Made by a program: the position numbers and the translations under genes
In this document: in pieces, positions 19,401-32,000 of the stretch
Layout: each line of letters begins with the position of its first letter
How positions within the stretch are numbered: the stretch's first letter is position 1
The notes under the pieces: model-generated
What the model saw: only the letters and a program-made list of their open reading frames with translations
Database searches by the model: none
What the model was told of the DNA's origin: nothing
Assembly: GCF_000219355.1 (NCBI RefSeq)
Contig: NC_015722.1
Span: forward strand, 450,001 to 482,000
Reading direction: 5' to 3'
DNA: 32,000 nt
From: Candidatus Midichloria mitochondrii IricVA
GTDB taxonomy: Bacteria > Pseudomonadota > Alphaproteobacteria > Rickettsiales > Midichloriaceae

Positions 19401-19511
19401 GACCATATGTCTATAATTATCAATCCATTTTCGATGCTAATGCCGGGCTTCTTAGGAGGTTTTTTTGATAAAGAAAAGAATTTTAGAAAAAAAGAGCAAT
19501 TTCCAGAGTAA
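16494..19511 (+). CDS. AsmA/YhdP-like (DUF3971-type) large envelope protein with an N-terminal membrane anchor
   Basis: 1005 aa, beta-rich, with one N-terminal TM helix. The C-terminus IPLIGKMLSGGEDSGIIATNFSVIGDIDHMSIIINPFSMLMPGFLGGFF matches the conserved AsmA-like C-terminal motif. Confidence 0.7.
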   Translation: MNEFWRVISKLKSIVIFFSVLIMFFITILGSGFLFLKYYGPVSSKFIGRLIGTILERRIEGTKIEIDYVELGVEDNVVDFSVFDLKVTYSQNIVRVPYLKVDIYMSKVLRGSFIEALSHISVSSDIELSRAPRPNNITVKKTPKHAAKSVKAYLMSHIGFISYLPELLRDINFKIRDVDKKPVLTLSLNSLNFTLIEDRILNFRGDFNAGNDFINFDFNIDTTNPNMIELGGKLNFIPVSLLWASSTYYTKIQSNLKLDLILGGKIGKSGLEYLNFDVVNYHGFIQKNDYLKHDIVPKKFLLSGGVSSQYDIEATSVLEADDLTLKALIANKNGKLVGNIIAGKMKLRSVLDYWPSFILEETRTWLVSNLDKGYVTGVDAKINIDLNASRPIPKESINVRVNLANNVVRCMPLPYIVPVVHINEGVVEVSAEDVVLKLNDATILNSRTNNMIGIINYKNERVDLVLNGRVAGLAQDVIDIGFAYAQSNNRELKNFKGEAETEIKIVVPLTQEFVLDERSVVVHSKMKNVSNKDLSGLVSLSQFDISGQFIGTKLSVRGEGTVNNVIRAGFDLEKSLFNEPGIKTNVTVHASIDELKRNGIFKSEIADGELKGNISIFLLDDQYNVSGSLDLQQLALTHSLGIEKKIGEKGELSFSIHGTAANALIDMPTYSLTLPTFSSAGSGILNEEGLVQLVSEKSRINATDFSFKYSKSYQGDIKLQLYGDKLDLSQINIIGLVKDSGFGKGGSNSFILKTDFKSIILHQGQTLIAPKINLSCKAGKCREFSLIGSFFDNTKINIFYSHPVISVVTDSAYKALSAFGLYDRMEGGTLQFKGEFDEKDLMKGRLFVLDFYIKKAPLLAKLISPLTSFRGLIDSLNNKGIYFDKMSAGIAYDKKKVFVDGLVITGPSLHIKCSGVLNEESGKVSGEGIMVPSNIINTATKHIPLIGKMLSGGEDSGIIATNFSVIGDIDHMSIIINPFSMLMPGFLGGFFDKEKNFRKKEQFPE

Positions 19512-19589
19512 AGATTCCCTTTTTTTAAGTTGAGTTGCCTATTAATTAAAAAATAATCGAAAAATAGTGGATAGAATATTACTGATTAC

Positions 19590-19617
19590 TTGACAGAACG
19601 CTGAAAGCAATTATACT
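19590..19617 (+). promoter_or_regulatory. Sigma-70-like promoter candidate for secE-nusG (TTGACA-16 nt-TATACT)
   Basis: TTGACA at 19590-19595 and TATACT at 19612-19617, read directly from the sequence. The site is about 160 nt upstream of secE. Confidence 0.45.
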
Positions 19618-19641
19618 AACCCCCGAGCTATAATAAGTTAC

Positions 19642-19737
19642 ATAGCTGGGTCTTTATAATTTGACTATGCGTCGCTCGGTCGCTCATGTAGTTTTTCTAC
19701 GTTTCGCTCCTCGCATTCAGATTAAAATGCTTTAGCT
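19642..19737 (+). repeat. Dispersed intergenic repeat, copy B (inside the secE leader)
   Basis: Aligns with copy A over about 90 nt at roughly three-quarters identity by eye. The outer stem taatttga/tcagatta is retained, as is the inner hairpin gtag-ttttt-ctac. Confidence 0.7.
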
Positions 19738-19776
19738 ACAATAATGGTAAGCTATGCCCTGATTAAGGTATAATTA

Positions 19777-19983
19777 ATGTTTTTGAGCAAAATAGTGAAA
19801 GCAGTAAGTTTTTTAAGAGAAGTGAAACAGGAAGTAATCAAAGTTAAGTGGCCCACCTTTAGGGAAGCTGCGCTGATTTCTTTGTTTGTTATTATTGCTG
19901 CAGGTCTTGCTGGATTGTTATTTTTGCTTGTTGATTCTATCATATATAAAGCTATAAAACTGCTTCTTGGTATCGGGGGATAA
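19777..19983 (+). CDS. secE: Preprotein translocase subunit SecE
   Basis: 68 aa with REVKQEVIKVKWPT followed by a single TM helix. It sits in the conserved position before nusG. Confidence 0.85.
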   Translation: MFLSKIVKAVSFLREVKQEVIKVKWPTFREAALISLFVIIAAGLAGLLFLLVDSIIYKAIKLLLGIGG

Positions 19984-19984
19984 A

Positions 19985-20515
19985 GTGAGTTCTGATTGGT
20001 ATATCGTCAACACTGCATCTGGTTGTGAGAATAAAGTTGCGAAGGCTATAAGAGAAGAAGCGGTAAAAAAGGGTATGAGCGATGTTTTTGAGGAGATTAT
20101 CGTACCTACTGAGCGTTATGCTGAGATAAGAAGAGGAAGAAAAGTCGATACTAAAAAGAAAATTCTTCCTGGTTATATAATCATTAAGATGCATATGAAT
20201 GAAAGTGCCTGGGGGTTAGTAAAGAGAATTCCCAATGTTGCCAAATTTTTGGGAGCTGATAATAGGCCGGCTAAGGTTTTGGAGAAGGAAGTGGAGAGGA
20301 TATTGAAGAAAGTTGAAGAGGGCAGTATTGCTAAGGATGCACCAGTATCTTTTGAGTTGCATGAAGTGATTAGGATAATTGATGGTCCGTTTGAAACTTT
20401 CACTGGAGTCATCGAAGAAGTTGATAACGAAAAATTGAGGTTGAGAGTGCTAGTTTCTATTTTGGGGAGAGAGGCTCCTGTAGAGCTTGAATTTGACCAA
20501 GTTGAGAAAATTTGA
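19985..20515 (+). CDS. nusG: Transcription termination/antitermination factor NusG
   Basis: WYIVNTASGCENKV (NGN domain) and a KOW-like C-terminus. I prefer GTG 19985, which follows GGGGGA and sits right after the secE stop, over the track start at 19967. Confidence 0.9.
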   Translation: MSSDWYIVNTASGCENKVAKAIREEAVKKGMSDVFEEIIVPTERYAEIRRGRKVDTKKKILPGYIIIKMHMNESAWGLVKRIPNVAKFLGADNRPAKVLEKEVERILKKVEEGSIAKDAPVSFELHEVIRIIDGPFETFTGVIEEVDNEKLRLRVLVSILGREAPVELEFDQVEKI

Positions 20516-20534
20516 TAAATAAGGGGGTGTTATT

Positions 20535-20963
20535 GTGAAAAAAAAGGTGGTTGCTGAGATAAAATTAGAGATTCCTGCGGGTAAAGCTAACCCTGCTCCT
20601 CCTGTTGGCCCTGCTCTTGGTCAGCGAGGTTTGAATATAATGGAGTTTTGTAAGCAATTTAACGACAGGACTAAGGAAATGAAGCAAGGAGCTCCAATTC
20701 CTGTGATTGTCAGTGCTTATGCTGATAAATCTTTTAGCTTTATTTTAAAGAATCCACCAGTGAGTTATTTTGTTAAAGAGTTTGCAGGTATTGCCAGTGG
20801 TTCTAAGGTCGCAGGCAGAGCAGCAGCTGGGCGGATTGCGATTGATAAGGTGAAGGAAATTGCTCAAATCAAAATGGTTGATATGAGTGTAGATGATTTA
20901 GAATCTGCTGTAAATATGGTAAAAGGAACAGCGCGTTCTATGGGTGTTCAAGTTGTAGAATAG
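20535..20963 (+). CDS. rplK: 50S ribosomal protein L11
   Basis: GKANPAPPVGPALGQRGLNIMEFCKQFN. GTG start preceded by AAGGGGGTG. Confidence 0.95.
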   Translation: MKKKVVAEIKLEIPAGKANPAPPVGPALGQRGLNIMEFCKQFNDRTKEMKQGAPIPVIVSAYADKSFSFILKNPPVSYFVKEFAGIASGSKVAGRAAAGRIAIDKVKEIAQIKMVDMSVDDLESAVNMVKGTARSMGVQVVE

Positions 20964-20974
20964 GTTTTAAGATA

Positions 20975-21676
20975 ATGGCACATAATAAGAGAATAAACGG
21001 AGCGAGAGCTTTGGTTGAGCGAGATAAGTTTTACACTTTAGATGGGGCTTTAAATATATTAGAGCAATACAGCGAAAAGTTTAAGAGCAAATTTGATGAG
21101 AGTGTTGAGGTTGTTTTTAAGTTAGGGGTGGATCCTAGACATTCAGACCAGATGGTAAGGGGGGTAATACTTATGCCGCATGGTTTAGGTAAAAAAGTGC
21201 GTGTTGCGGTGGTTGCTAAAAATGAACGCCATGAAGAGGCTTTGAAAGCGGGGGCAGATATTGTTGGTAGTGAAGATTTAGTAGAAAAGGTTAAAGGTGG
21301 AGAAATCAACTTTGATGTTTGTATTGCGACACCTGACTTTATGCCTAAAATGGCAACGCTTGGTAAAATCCTTGGTACTAAAGGATTAATGCCGAACCCT
21401 AAATTAGGAACAGTTTCTGATAATATAGCAATAGCGGTTAAGAACGCCAAGTCAGGTCAAGTTGAGTATAAGGTTGAGAAGGCGGGTCTAATCCATGCAG
21501 GTGTTGGTAAACTAAGTTTTGCTTTGTCAGCTCTTAAGGAAAATATTGCTGCTTTATATAATGCGGTTTTAAACGCAAAACCTGCAGGTGCGAAAGGTAT
21601 ATATATGCAAAAAATGTATATCGGTACTACACATGGTCCATCCGTAGCACTTGACTTGAGAAATATGCTGGTTTAG
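20975..21676 (+). CDS. rplA: 50S ribosomal protein L1
   Basis: LGVDPRHSDQMVRG..LPHGLGK and ATPDFMPKMATLGKILGTKGLMPNPK. Confidence 0.95.
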   Translation: MAHNKRINGARALVERDKFYTLDGALNILEQYSEKFKSKFDESVEVVFKLGVDPRHSDQMVRGVILMPHGLGKKVRVAVVAKNERHEEALKAGADIVGSEDLVEKVKGGEINFDVCIATPDFMPKMATLGKILGTKGLMPNPKLGTVSDNIAIAVKNAKSGQVEYKVEKAGLIHAGVGKLSFALSALKENIAALYNAVLNAKPAGAKGIYMQKMYIGTTHGPSVALDLRNMLV

Positions 21677-21729
21677 GATGCTCGCCTATTTTAAGTGATA
21701 ATTAGTTTTAATGAGTTTGGAGTGAAGTA

Positions 21730-22209
21730 GTGAATAGGATTGCAAAGCAAGAGACCGTTGAGCGGATTAGAGCCTTATTTGAGTCAAGTGAAGTGGTTAT
21801 TTTGGCACACAATAAAGGCGGACTCACTGTGTCCGCAGCTAATAATGTTCGTAAGAGCATTAAAAAAGAAGCTGATGGAAAATATTTTGTAGCAAAAAAT
21901 ACCTTAATGAAAATTGCTGTAAAAGGCACTCGTTGTGAAAGTTTATCAGAGCTATTAACGGGGCCAGTTTCTGTTGTATGCGCAAGCGAGCCTACTACTG
22001 CAGCTAAGGCGTTAATGAAATTTTGCAAAGACGGTGGGAGATTAGAAGTCATTGGCGGAGTAATTGGACAGGAAAAAGTAAGTGTTGAGCATATAAATAT
22101 GTTAGCAACGCTACCATCACTCGATGAATTGCGTGCTAAGTTGTTGTCGCTCGTACAAGAACCTGCTAGACGAATTGCAAGGGTTATTGCTTTACATTCA
22201 GAAAAATAA
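21730..22209 (+). CDS. rplJ: 50S ribosomal protein L10
   Basis: Supported by position between rplA and rplL, by size, and by a sequence typical of L10. GTG start. Confidence 0.9.
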   Translation: MNRIAKQETVERIRALFESSEVVILAHNKGGLTVSAANNVRKSIKKEADGKYFVAKNTLMKIAVKGTRCESLSELLTGPVSVVCASEPTTAAKALMKFCKDGGRLEVIGGVIGQEKVSVEHINMLATLPSLDELRAKLLSLVQEPARRIARVIALHSEK

Positions 22210-22242
22210 AATTTTAAATTTTTAAAACAGGAGATATTGAAA

Positions 22243-22608
22243 ATGTCGAATTTAGAGAAAATAGTTCAAGAACTTTCCGCTCTTAAGATTACGGAAGCAG
22301 CTGAGTTAGTTAAATTATTAGAAAAAGAGTGGGGCGTTAGTGCTGCGGCTCCTATGGCTGTTTCTTCAGCTGCTGCGGCTCCTGAAGCTGCGGCTCAAAC
22401 GGAATTTGATGTAATGTTACTAGAAGCTGGGGCAAATAAAGTTGCAGTAATTAAAGAAGTGAGAAGTGCAACAGGCTTGGGTCTAGTTGAAGCTAAAGCA
22501 TTAGTTGAGAGCGCTCCAAAAGCTGTAAAATCTGGAGTCTCTAAAGAGGATGCTGAAAAAATTAAACAACTTCTTGAAGTAGCAGGTGCTAAAGTTGAAA
22601 TTAAATAA
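22243..22608 (+). CDS. rplL: 50S ribosomal protein L7/L12
   Basis: Ala-rich hinge followed by [27 protein letters not shown] 22243 lies 9 nt after AGGAG (22229-22233) and is preferred over the TTG at 22237 used in the ORF track. Confidence 0.95.
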   Translation: MSNLEKIVQELSALKITEAAELVKLLEKEWGVSAAAPMAVSSAAAAPEAAAQTEFDVMLLEAGANKVAVIKEVRSATGLGLVEAKALVESAPKAVKSGVSKEDAEKIKQLLEVAGAKVEIK

Positions 22609-22635
22609 ATTTAGCGTATCTTCGATATTATATTT

Positions 22636-22690
22636 GGAAAAGGAAGCAGGAGCTTAAGCTTTTTGCCTCCTTTTCTTTGCTTTGTTTAAT
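22636..22690 (+). terminator. Hairpin plus T-rich tract between rplL and rpoB (attenuator/terminator candidate)
   Basis: gaaaaggaagc (22637-22647) pairs with gcctccttttc (22665-22675) with one mismatch, followed by ttttctttgctttgttt. An rplL-rpoB attenuator is a known feature of this operon in E. coli. Confidence 0.5.
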
Positions 22691-22701
22691 GAGTTTACGG
22701 T

Positions 22702-25700
22702 GTGGCTGTGTCTTTACTTGCGCTAAAAAAACGTATCAGAAAAAATTTCGGTAAGATCTCTAGTGTCGCAGAGATTCCTAACCTTATACAAGTTCAGAAA
22801 AAATCCTATGAAGATTTTTTACAAATTAATATTGCGCCAGATAGTAGGCAAAGCAGGGGTTTAGAATCGGTCCTTCGTTCAATATTTCCTATTTCAGATT
22901 ATGATGGTAAAGCTACAATTGAGTATGTAAGCTACGAACTTGGTGCTCCCAAATACGACATAGAAGAATGTATTCAACGCGGAGTTAATTACGCTGCTCC
23001 CTTAAGAGTAGTATTACGTTTAATTGTTTGGGATATTGATGAGGAAGCCGGCGTAAAAGAAGTCAAAGGCATTAAGGAACAGAGCGTGTACATGGGTGAA
23101 ATTCCACTTATGACGGAAAGTGGCACTTTTATTATCAATGGAGCTCAAAGAGTTATAGTATCTCAAATGCATAGGTCACCTGGCGTATTCTATTATCATG
23201 ATGAAGGTAAGGGAAATGTAGCTGGTAAGTACCTATACTACGCAAGAATTATACCTTATAGGGGATCATGGCTTGATTTCGAATTTGATGCCAAAGATTT
23301 GTTGTTTTTCCGTATAGACAGAAAGCGCAAGATGTACGCGACCACCATTCTACGGGCATTAGGGTATGATAAGAATCAAATACTAAAAGAGTTTTATAAT
23401 TTTAAAAAATTCAGGAAACAAGGAGATTCTTGGATTGCTGAGTTTAATCCTGAAGATTTCAAAGGTACTAAAGTACTACGAGATATCATTGATGCAGATA
23501 CCGGGGAATTTATTATAAAAACAGGGGTTAGAGTTACTCCAAATGTCATAAAAAAACTTAAAGAGCAGCAGCAAAAAAGGGATTATATACTCTCTCAAGA
23601 CGATATCTTGGGACGTTATGTTGCTACATCCATTGTAAATAAAGAAAGTGGTGAGGAATTGCTTGCAGCAGGTGACGAGATAACTAGCAATCTCTTAAAG
23701 CAAATCGAAGCAGCTGATGTTAAAGAAATTAATATATTAGATATCGATAATGTAAGAGTAGGGCCGTACATAAGAAACACCTTGATGGCTGACAAGAACT
23801 CTTCCAAAGAAGAGGCGTTAGGGGATATTTATAGAATTTTAAGGCCAGGCGAACCAGTTGCTAATGAGGTTGCAGAGAATTTGTTTAATTCTTTGTTCTT
23901 TGACGGTGAAAGATATGATCTTTCTGCGGTTGGAAGGATGAAAATTAATGCTAAGCACGGATTAGATATTTCTGAAGAATTTACTGTACTAACTAAAGAA
24001 GATATCTTAGCTGTTGTTAAGTATATTGTAGCAGTAAAAGACGGGTCAGGAGAAGTTGATGATATAGATAGCCTCGGTAACAGAAGAGTAAGAGCAGTTG
24101 GAGAATTAGTTGAAAACCAATTTAGACTTGGTCTAGTTAGAATGGAACGCGCAATTATTGAGCGCATGAATGCGGTAGAGGTTGATACCGTAATGCCTCA
24201 CGACTTGATTAACTCGAAGACGTTAATGTCAGTAGTGCGCGAATTTTTCGGAACTTCTCAACTTTCACAATTCATGGACCAGACAAATCCATTAGCTGAA
24301 GTGACCCATAAAAGAAGATTGTCAGCTCTTGGTCCAGGCGGATTAACAAGAGAGAGAGCGGGCTTTGAGGTGAGGGATGTACATCCTTCCCATTATGGTA
24401 GGATATGTCCAATTGAAACCCCAGAGGGACAAAATATTGGTTTAATTAATTCTACTGCTACCTATGCAAGGATCAACAAATATGGCTTCATTGAAAGCCC
24501 TTATAGAAGGGTTGTTGATGGTAAAGTGACAGATGTTATTGACTATTTATCGGCTATAGAAGAATCTAAGCATACAATTGCTCAAGCAAATGTTGCTTTA
24601 AATAAAGATGGCTCTTTTGCAGTTGAAATGGTAAGGGCTAGAAGGAAGGGAGAATATGTGACAGTTCTGGCAAAAGAAATCACATATGTGGACGTTTCTC
24701 CTAAACAGTTAGTGTCGGTTGCTGCGTCTTTAATTCCATTTTTAGAAAATGACGATGCTAACCGCGCCTTGATGGGCTCAAACATGCAACGTCAGGCTGT
24801 TCCATTGTTAAAAAATGAAGCTCCGTTAGTGGGCACAGGGATGGAAGCAGTGGTTGCTCGTGATTCGGGAGCTGTTTTGATCGCCAGAAGAGACGGCATT
24901 GTTGATCAAGTTGATGCAAGAAGAATAGTAATAAGATGTGAGTTTTCAGATGAAGATAGTGCGCCTGGCGTTGATATATATACTTTAACTAAATTCCAAA
25001 AGTCTAATCAGGGTACGTCCATGACACAAAGGCCTATTGTAAGCGTTGGAGATAAAGTGTCAAAAGGTGATATAATAGCGGATGGATCTTGTACTGAACT
25101 AGGAGAGCTTGCTCTCGGACGCAATGTTTTAGTCGCGTTCATGCCGTGGAATGGGTATAACTTTGAAGATTCAATTTTGATTTCTGAGTGTATTTCAAAA
25201 GAAGATATTTTCACCTCTTTGCATATAGAGGAATTTGAAGTTATAGCAAGAGACACGAGGCTTGGGCCTGAAGAAGTGACTCGTGATATACCCAATGTTG
25301 GGGATGAGAACCTAAAGCATCTGGATGAAGTAGGTATAGTACACGTAGGAGCAAAGGTTAACCCTGGTGATATATTGGTTGGAAAAGTTGCGCCAAAAAC
25401 AGAATCTCCATTAACTCCTGAAGAAAAATTGCTACGAGCTATTTTTGGTGAAAAGGCAAAAGATGTAAAAGACTCATCACTTAGAGTGCCTCCTGGTGGT
25501 GGTGGTGTTGTTGTTGGGGTTAGAGTCTTCACTAGAAGGGGTGTGGAAAAGGACGAGAGAGCAATGGTTCTCGAGCGTTTCGAAATCGAAAAAATTTCTA
25601 AAGATAGGGACGATCAAATTGCTATTATTGAGAATTTTGCCTACTCAAAAATAAAAGAGCTTTGTTTGGGAAAAATGATTCTAGGTGGACCAAAAACGCT

Positions 25701-26817
25701 AAAGGTTGGGAAACCCTTAATGAAAGCAGATTTGGAAGCCTTACCTAAGAAACAATGGTGGCAAATCAGTGTCGACGACAAGAATGTTATGCTTGAACTT
25801 GAAAAGATTAAAGCTTCGTATAACCAGTCACTTGAGGAGCTCGATGCTATCTATAAAAATAAAGTTGAAAAAATCCAAAGTGGTGATGACCTACCTCAGG
25901 GCGCCCTAAAGGTCGTTAAAGTTTATATAGCTAAAAAGTTAAAGCTACAGCCAGGGGATAAAATGGCTGGTAGGCACGGTAATAAGGGTGTGGTTTCTAA
26001 AATTGTTCCAGTTGAAGATATGCCGTTCTTAGAAGACGGCACGCCAGTAGATATGGTCTTAAACCCTCTTGGTGTTCCTTCAAGGATGAATGTGGGACAA
26101 ATTTTAGAGACACACTTAGGTTGGGCATCTGCTAATTTAGGTAAGCAAATCGGTAAAATGCTAGATACTGTTGTTGTAAATGGTGAAGCAAATAATCTAA
26201 GAAATGCTTTGTGCGAAGTTTATGACTCCAACCGTAGTAGTGATAAGCAAGCCAGGGAATTAATAGCTAGCTTAAGCGAGAAAGAAGCTAAGGATCTTGC
26301 TAAAAATCTAAAAAAAGGTATCCCTTTTGCCACTCCTGTATTTGATGGAGTCAAAGAAGAAGAGTTGAATAAATTGCTAACAAAAGCGGGGTTAGATACT
26401 TCAGGGCAGGTTAGATTAATTGATGGCAGAACTGGAGAATATTTCGAGAGAAAAGTAACAGTTGGCTATATCTATATGATGAAATTAGATCACTTAGTTG
26501 ATAACAAAATACATGCAAGATCAATTGGACCTTATAGCCTTGTTACTCAACAGCCTCTTGGAGGTAAGTCTCACTTCGGTGGCCAGCGTTTTGGTGAAAT
26601 GGAATGTTGGGCATTACAGGCGTATGGTGCAGCTTATACGTTGCAAGAAAAAATTACGTTCAAAGCTGACGATATAACAGGACGTATTAAGATATATGCT
26701 GCTATAGTAAGAGGAGATCCAGTATTTGAATGCGGAATTCCTGAATCATTCAATGTGATGGTTAAGGAACTCCGTTCTTTAGGGCTAAACGTAGAAATGC
26801 TAGAAGATGAACACTAA
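22702..26817 (+). CDS. rpoB: DNA-directed RNA polymerase beta subunit
   Basis: Uninterrupted 1371-aa ORF with all the hallmark blocks, for example [36 protein letters not shown] and FGEMECWAL. Confidence 0.97.
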   Translation: MAVSLLALKKRIRKNFGKISSVAEIPNLIQVQKKSYEDFLQINIAPDSRQSRGLESVLRSIFPISDYDGKATIEYVSYELGAPKYDIEECIQRGVNYAAPLRVVLRLIVWDIDEEAGVKEVKGIKEQSVYMGEIPLMTESGTFIINGAQRVIVSQMHRSPGVFYYHDEGKGNVAGKYLYYARIIPYRGSWLDFEFDAKDLLFFRIDRKRKMYATTILRALGYDKNQILKEFYNFKKFRKQGDSWIAEFNPEDFKGTKVLRDIIDADTGEFIIKTGVRVTPNVIKKLKEQQQKRDYILSQDDILGRYVATSIVNKESGEELLAAGDEITSNLLKQIEAADVKEINILDIDNVRVGPYIRNTLMADKNSSKEEALGDIYRILRPGEPVANEVAENLFNSLFFDGERYDLSAVGRMKINAKHGLDISEEFTVLTKEDILAVVKYIVAVKDGSGEVDDIDSLGNRRVRAVGELVENQFRLGLVRMERAIIERMNAVEVDTVMPHDLINSKTLMSVVREFFGTSQLSQFMDQTNPLAEVTHKRRLSALGPGGLTRERAGFEVRDVHPSHYGRICPIETPEGQNIGLINSTATYARINKYGFIESPYRRVVDGKVTDVIDYLSAIEESKHTIAQANVALNKDGSFAVEMVRARRKGEYVTVLAKEITYVDVSPKQLVSVAASLIPFLENDDANRALMGSNMQRQAVPLLKNEAPLVGTGMEAVVARDSGAVLIARRDGIVDQVDARRIVIRCEFSDEDSAPGVDIYTLTKFQKSNQGTSMTQRPIVSVGDKVSKGDIIADGSCTELGELALGRNVLVAFMPWNGYNFEDSILISECISKEDIFTSLHIEEFEVIARDTRLGPEEVTRDIPNVGDENLKHLDEVGIVHVGAKVNPGDILVGKVAPKTESPLTPEEKLLRAIFGEKAKDVKDSSLRVPPGGGGVVVGVRVFTRRGVEKDERAMVLERFEIEKISKDRDDQIAIIENFAYSKIKELCLGKMILGGPKTLKVGKPLMKADLEALPKKQWWQISVDDKNVMLELEKIKASYNQSLEELDAIYKNKVEKIQSGDDLPQGALKVVKVYIAKKLKLQPGDKMAGRHGNKGVVSKIVPVEDMPFLEDGTPVDMVLNPLGVPSRMNVGQILETHLGWASANLGKQIGKMLDTVVVNGEANNLRNALCEVYDSNRSSDKQARELIASLSEKEAKDLAKNLKKGIPFATPVFDGVKEEELNKLLTKAGLDTSGQVRLIDGRTGEYFERKVTVGYIYMMKLDHLVDNKIHARSIGPYSLVTQQPLGGKSHFGGQRFGEMECWALQAYGAAYTLQEKITFKADDITGRIKIYAAIVRGDPVFECGIPESFNVMVKELRSLGLNVEMLEDEH

Positions 26818-26857
26818 ACTCATCTTTGAAGGATTTTTTAATAAAAATTTATAATAG

Positions 26858-31097
<4,240 letters not shown>

Positions 31098-31147
31098 TTT
31101 AAAAAGGTTGAAATTCGGCCTGAATTAGCTGGAATCTCAAAAAACTA

Positions 31148-31360
31148 CTATAGTAGTGTTGGCATTTTTGCAAGTTCTGTAACAGTAAAGACGTATATTT
31201 TTAAGTAAATGAAGAGTTGAAAAGCCTCCAGCAAGGTGTTAAGGGATGGGCAGCCTCGTTTGCTTTTTATACCATGTCTCATTTTTAACTTATCCAAACG
31301 CTTAGTTCGAAGCTCGGCTTTGCTCATGCTTGACACTTGCGTAGTCTGTCCTCCAAGCAT
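31148..31360 (-). mobile_element. Very degenerate IS982-like fragment (tentative)
   Basis: The 70-aa minus ORF contains ..MRHGIKSKRG....LLEAFQLFIYLKIY, loosely parallel to GYISK....QGIELITRLKK of copy 1. At the DNA level, ggtataaaaagcaaa compares with ggtatataagcaaaa. Confidence 0.3.
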
Positions 31361-31619
31361 TTGTTTAATTTAATCTCTGAGGGCTATGGGCCCAACCTCG
31401 TAAGCCTCGCTTACTAAGGGGCGAAAGGTAGGCTCTGTCTTTTCATTGCAAACTCGCTTTATCTATAGCTTTCTTGGGGTGGAATTACCATATATACCCA
31501 CTGTTCAGGTTAACGGAGATGTACCTCTCTACCTATGCTAGATAAAGGTCACTTCTCTAGAATAGTTGCTGGCACTTTGCTCCAGGGTGGTGGCCAAATT
31601 CTACTTGGTGTGCCAATTT

Positions 31620-31689
31620 AGCTAAAATTTTAATTTGAATAGAAGTGTGTAAGAAATGAGCGGCCGAGCTAGCCAAATTGCTCAGCTAT
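31620..31689 (-). repeat. Dispersed intergenic repeat, copy C (inverted, shorter, more diverged)
   Basis: The reverse complement reads atagctgagcaatttggctagctcggccgctcat...ttcaaattaaaattttagct. This aligns with copies A and B and has an internal deletion. Confidence 0.55.
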
Positions 31690-31867
31690 ACCTCTTTGCA
31701 CGAGAGATTTTTAGCATAGAGCATTGTGTTATTTCATCTATATGTTTTTTAAAGAGCGGGTGTGAATTACTGAACCCCAGTTCGAAGTAAGTTTTAAAGA
31801 AATTATCTGATATGGTTTTAAAAAAGCTGTGTAACCGTTAAATTTTTCTCAATTTCACGATAAATAA

Positions 31868-32000
31868 CCTCAGTTCGACGTAAGGAGTAGGCCCGTGAGC
31901 CTATTTCTTGGTTTTTGTTAGTTTTTTGCTTATATACCACCGATCTCCGAATAGAAGGCCTGTCAAATATTGAGTCAGTTTTTCGACAACGGCTCGATCA
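31868..32000 (-). mobile_element. IS982-family-like remnant, copy 2 (inverted relative to copy 1, internally deleted, runs off the window)
   Basis: The reverse complement of 31923-32000 matches 13535-13612 with 2 mismatches in 78 nt. The reverse complement of 31868-31893 matches 13855-13880 at 24/26. The roughly 240 nt between these blocks in copy 1 is replaced by about 29 nt of only loosely similar sequence here. Confidence 0.7.

Noticed and set aside
25008-25532. Long antisense ORFs inside rpoB, rpoC, rplA and rplJ: 25008-25532 (174 aa), 27451-27924, 23829-24167, 29924-30259, 21031-21450 and 21708-22052.
   Set aside because: These are shadow ORFs opposite highly conserved coding sequence. 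Their composition is low-complexity and Ser/Pro/Thr-rich, they have no start-site signals, and they resemble no family I recognise.
31150-31163. 14-bp perfect palindrome actactatagtagt after rpoC, as a possible terminator.
   Set aside because: It cannot form a hairpin with a viable loop. The following T-run is short and separated from it.

Overview
This is an AT-rich (about one-third GC by eye) bacterial chromosome segment. Gene content and order suggest an alphaproteobacterial, Rickettsiales/Holosporales-like intracellular organism. About 80% of the window is ordinary core genome. Envelope and housekeeping genes occupy 1-9.2 kb: murJ, nrdB, a three-gene COG2984-type ABC importer, pal, lpxK, asd and lysC. 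From 14.1 to 31.1 kb come glyS, lolA and an AsmA/YhdP-like protein, followed by the classical secE-nusG-rplKAJL-rpoBC cluster. Two patches are not ordinary. (1) 7.8-14.1 kb is a decay zone. lysC is frameshifted and carries a substitution in its catalytic motif. lysA and an M14/AstE-family gene are shattered pseudogenes. They are followed by nested debris of an IS1-like element, a DUF1016/YhcG nuclease gene and an IS982-like element. (2) 31.1-32.0 kb, directly after rpoC, is a second IS-debris patch. It holds an inverted, internally deleted copy of the same IS982-like element. The observations most worth a second look are these. rpoC carries a single-base frameshift at about 29015 that splits beta-prime into 733-aa and 700-aa ORFs. 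glyS is cut off at its 3' end exactly at the border of the debris patch. The inverted IS982-like remnants bracket the whole 18-kb glyS-to-rpoC block. A roughly 70-115 bp stem-forming intergenic repeat occurs three times, and one copy sits in the secE leader where tRNA-Trp is normally found. I do not see a convincing intact novel multi-gene system such as defence, toxin or secretion. The accessory material here is all degraded.
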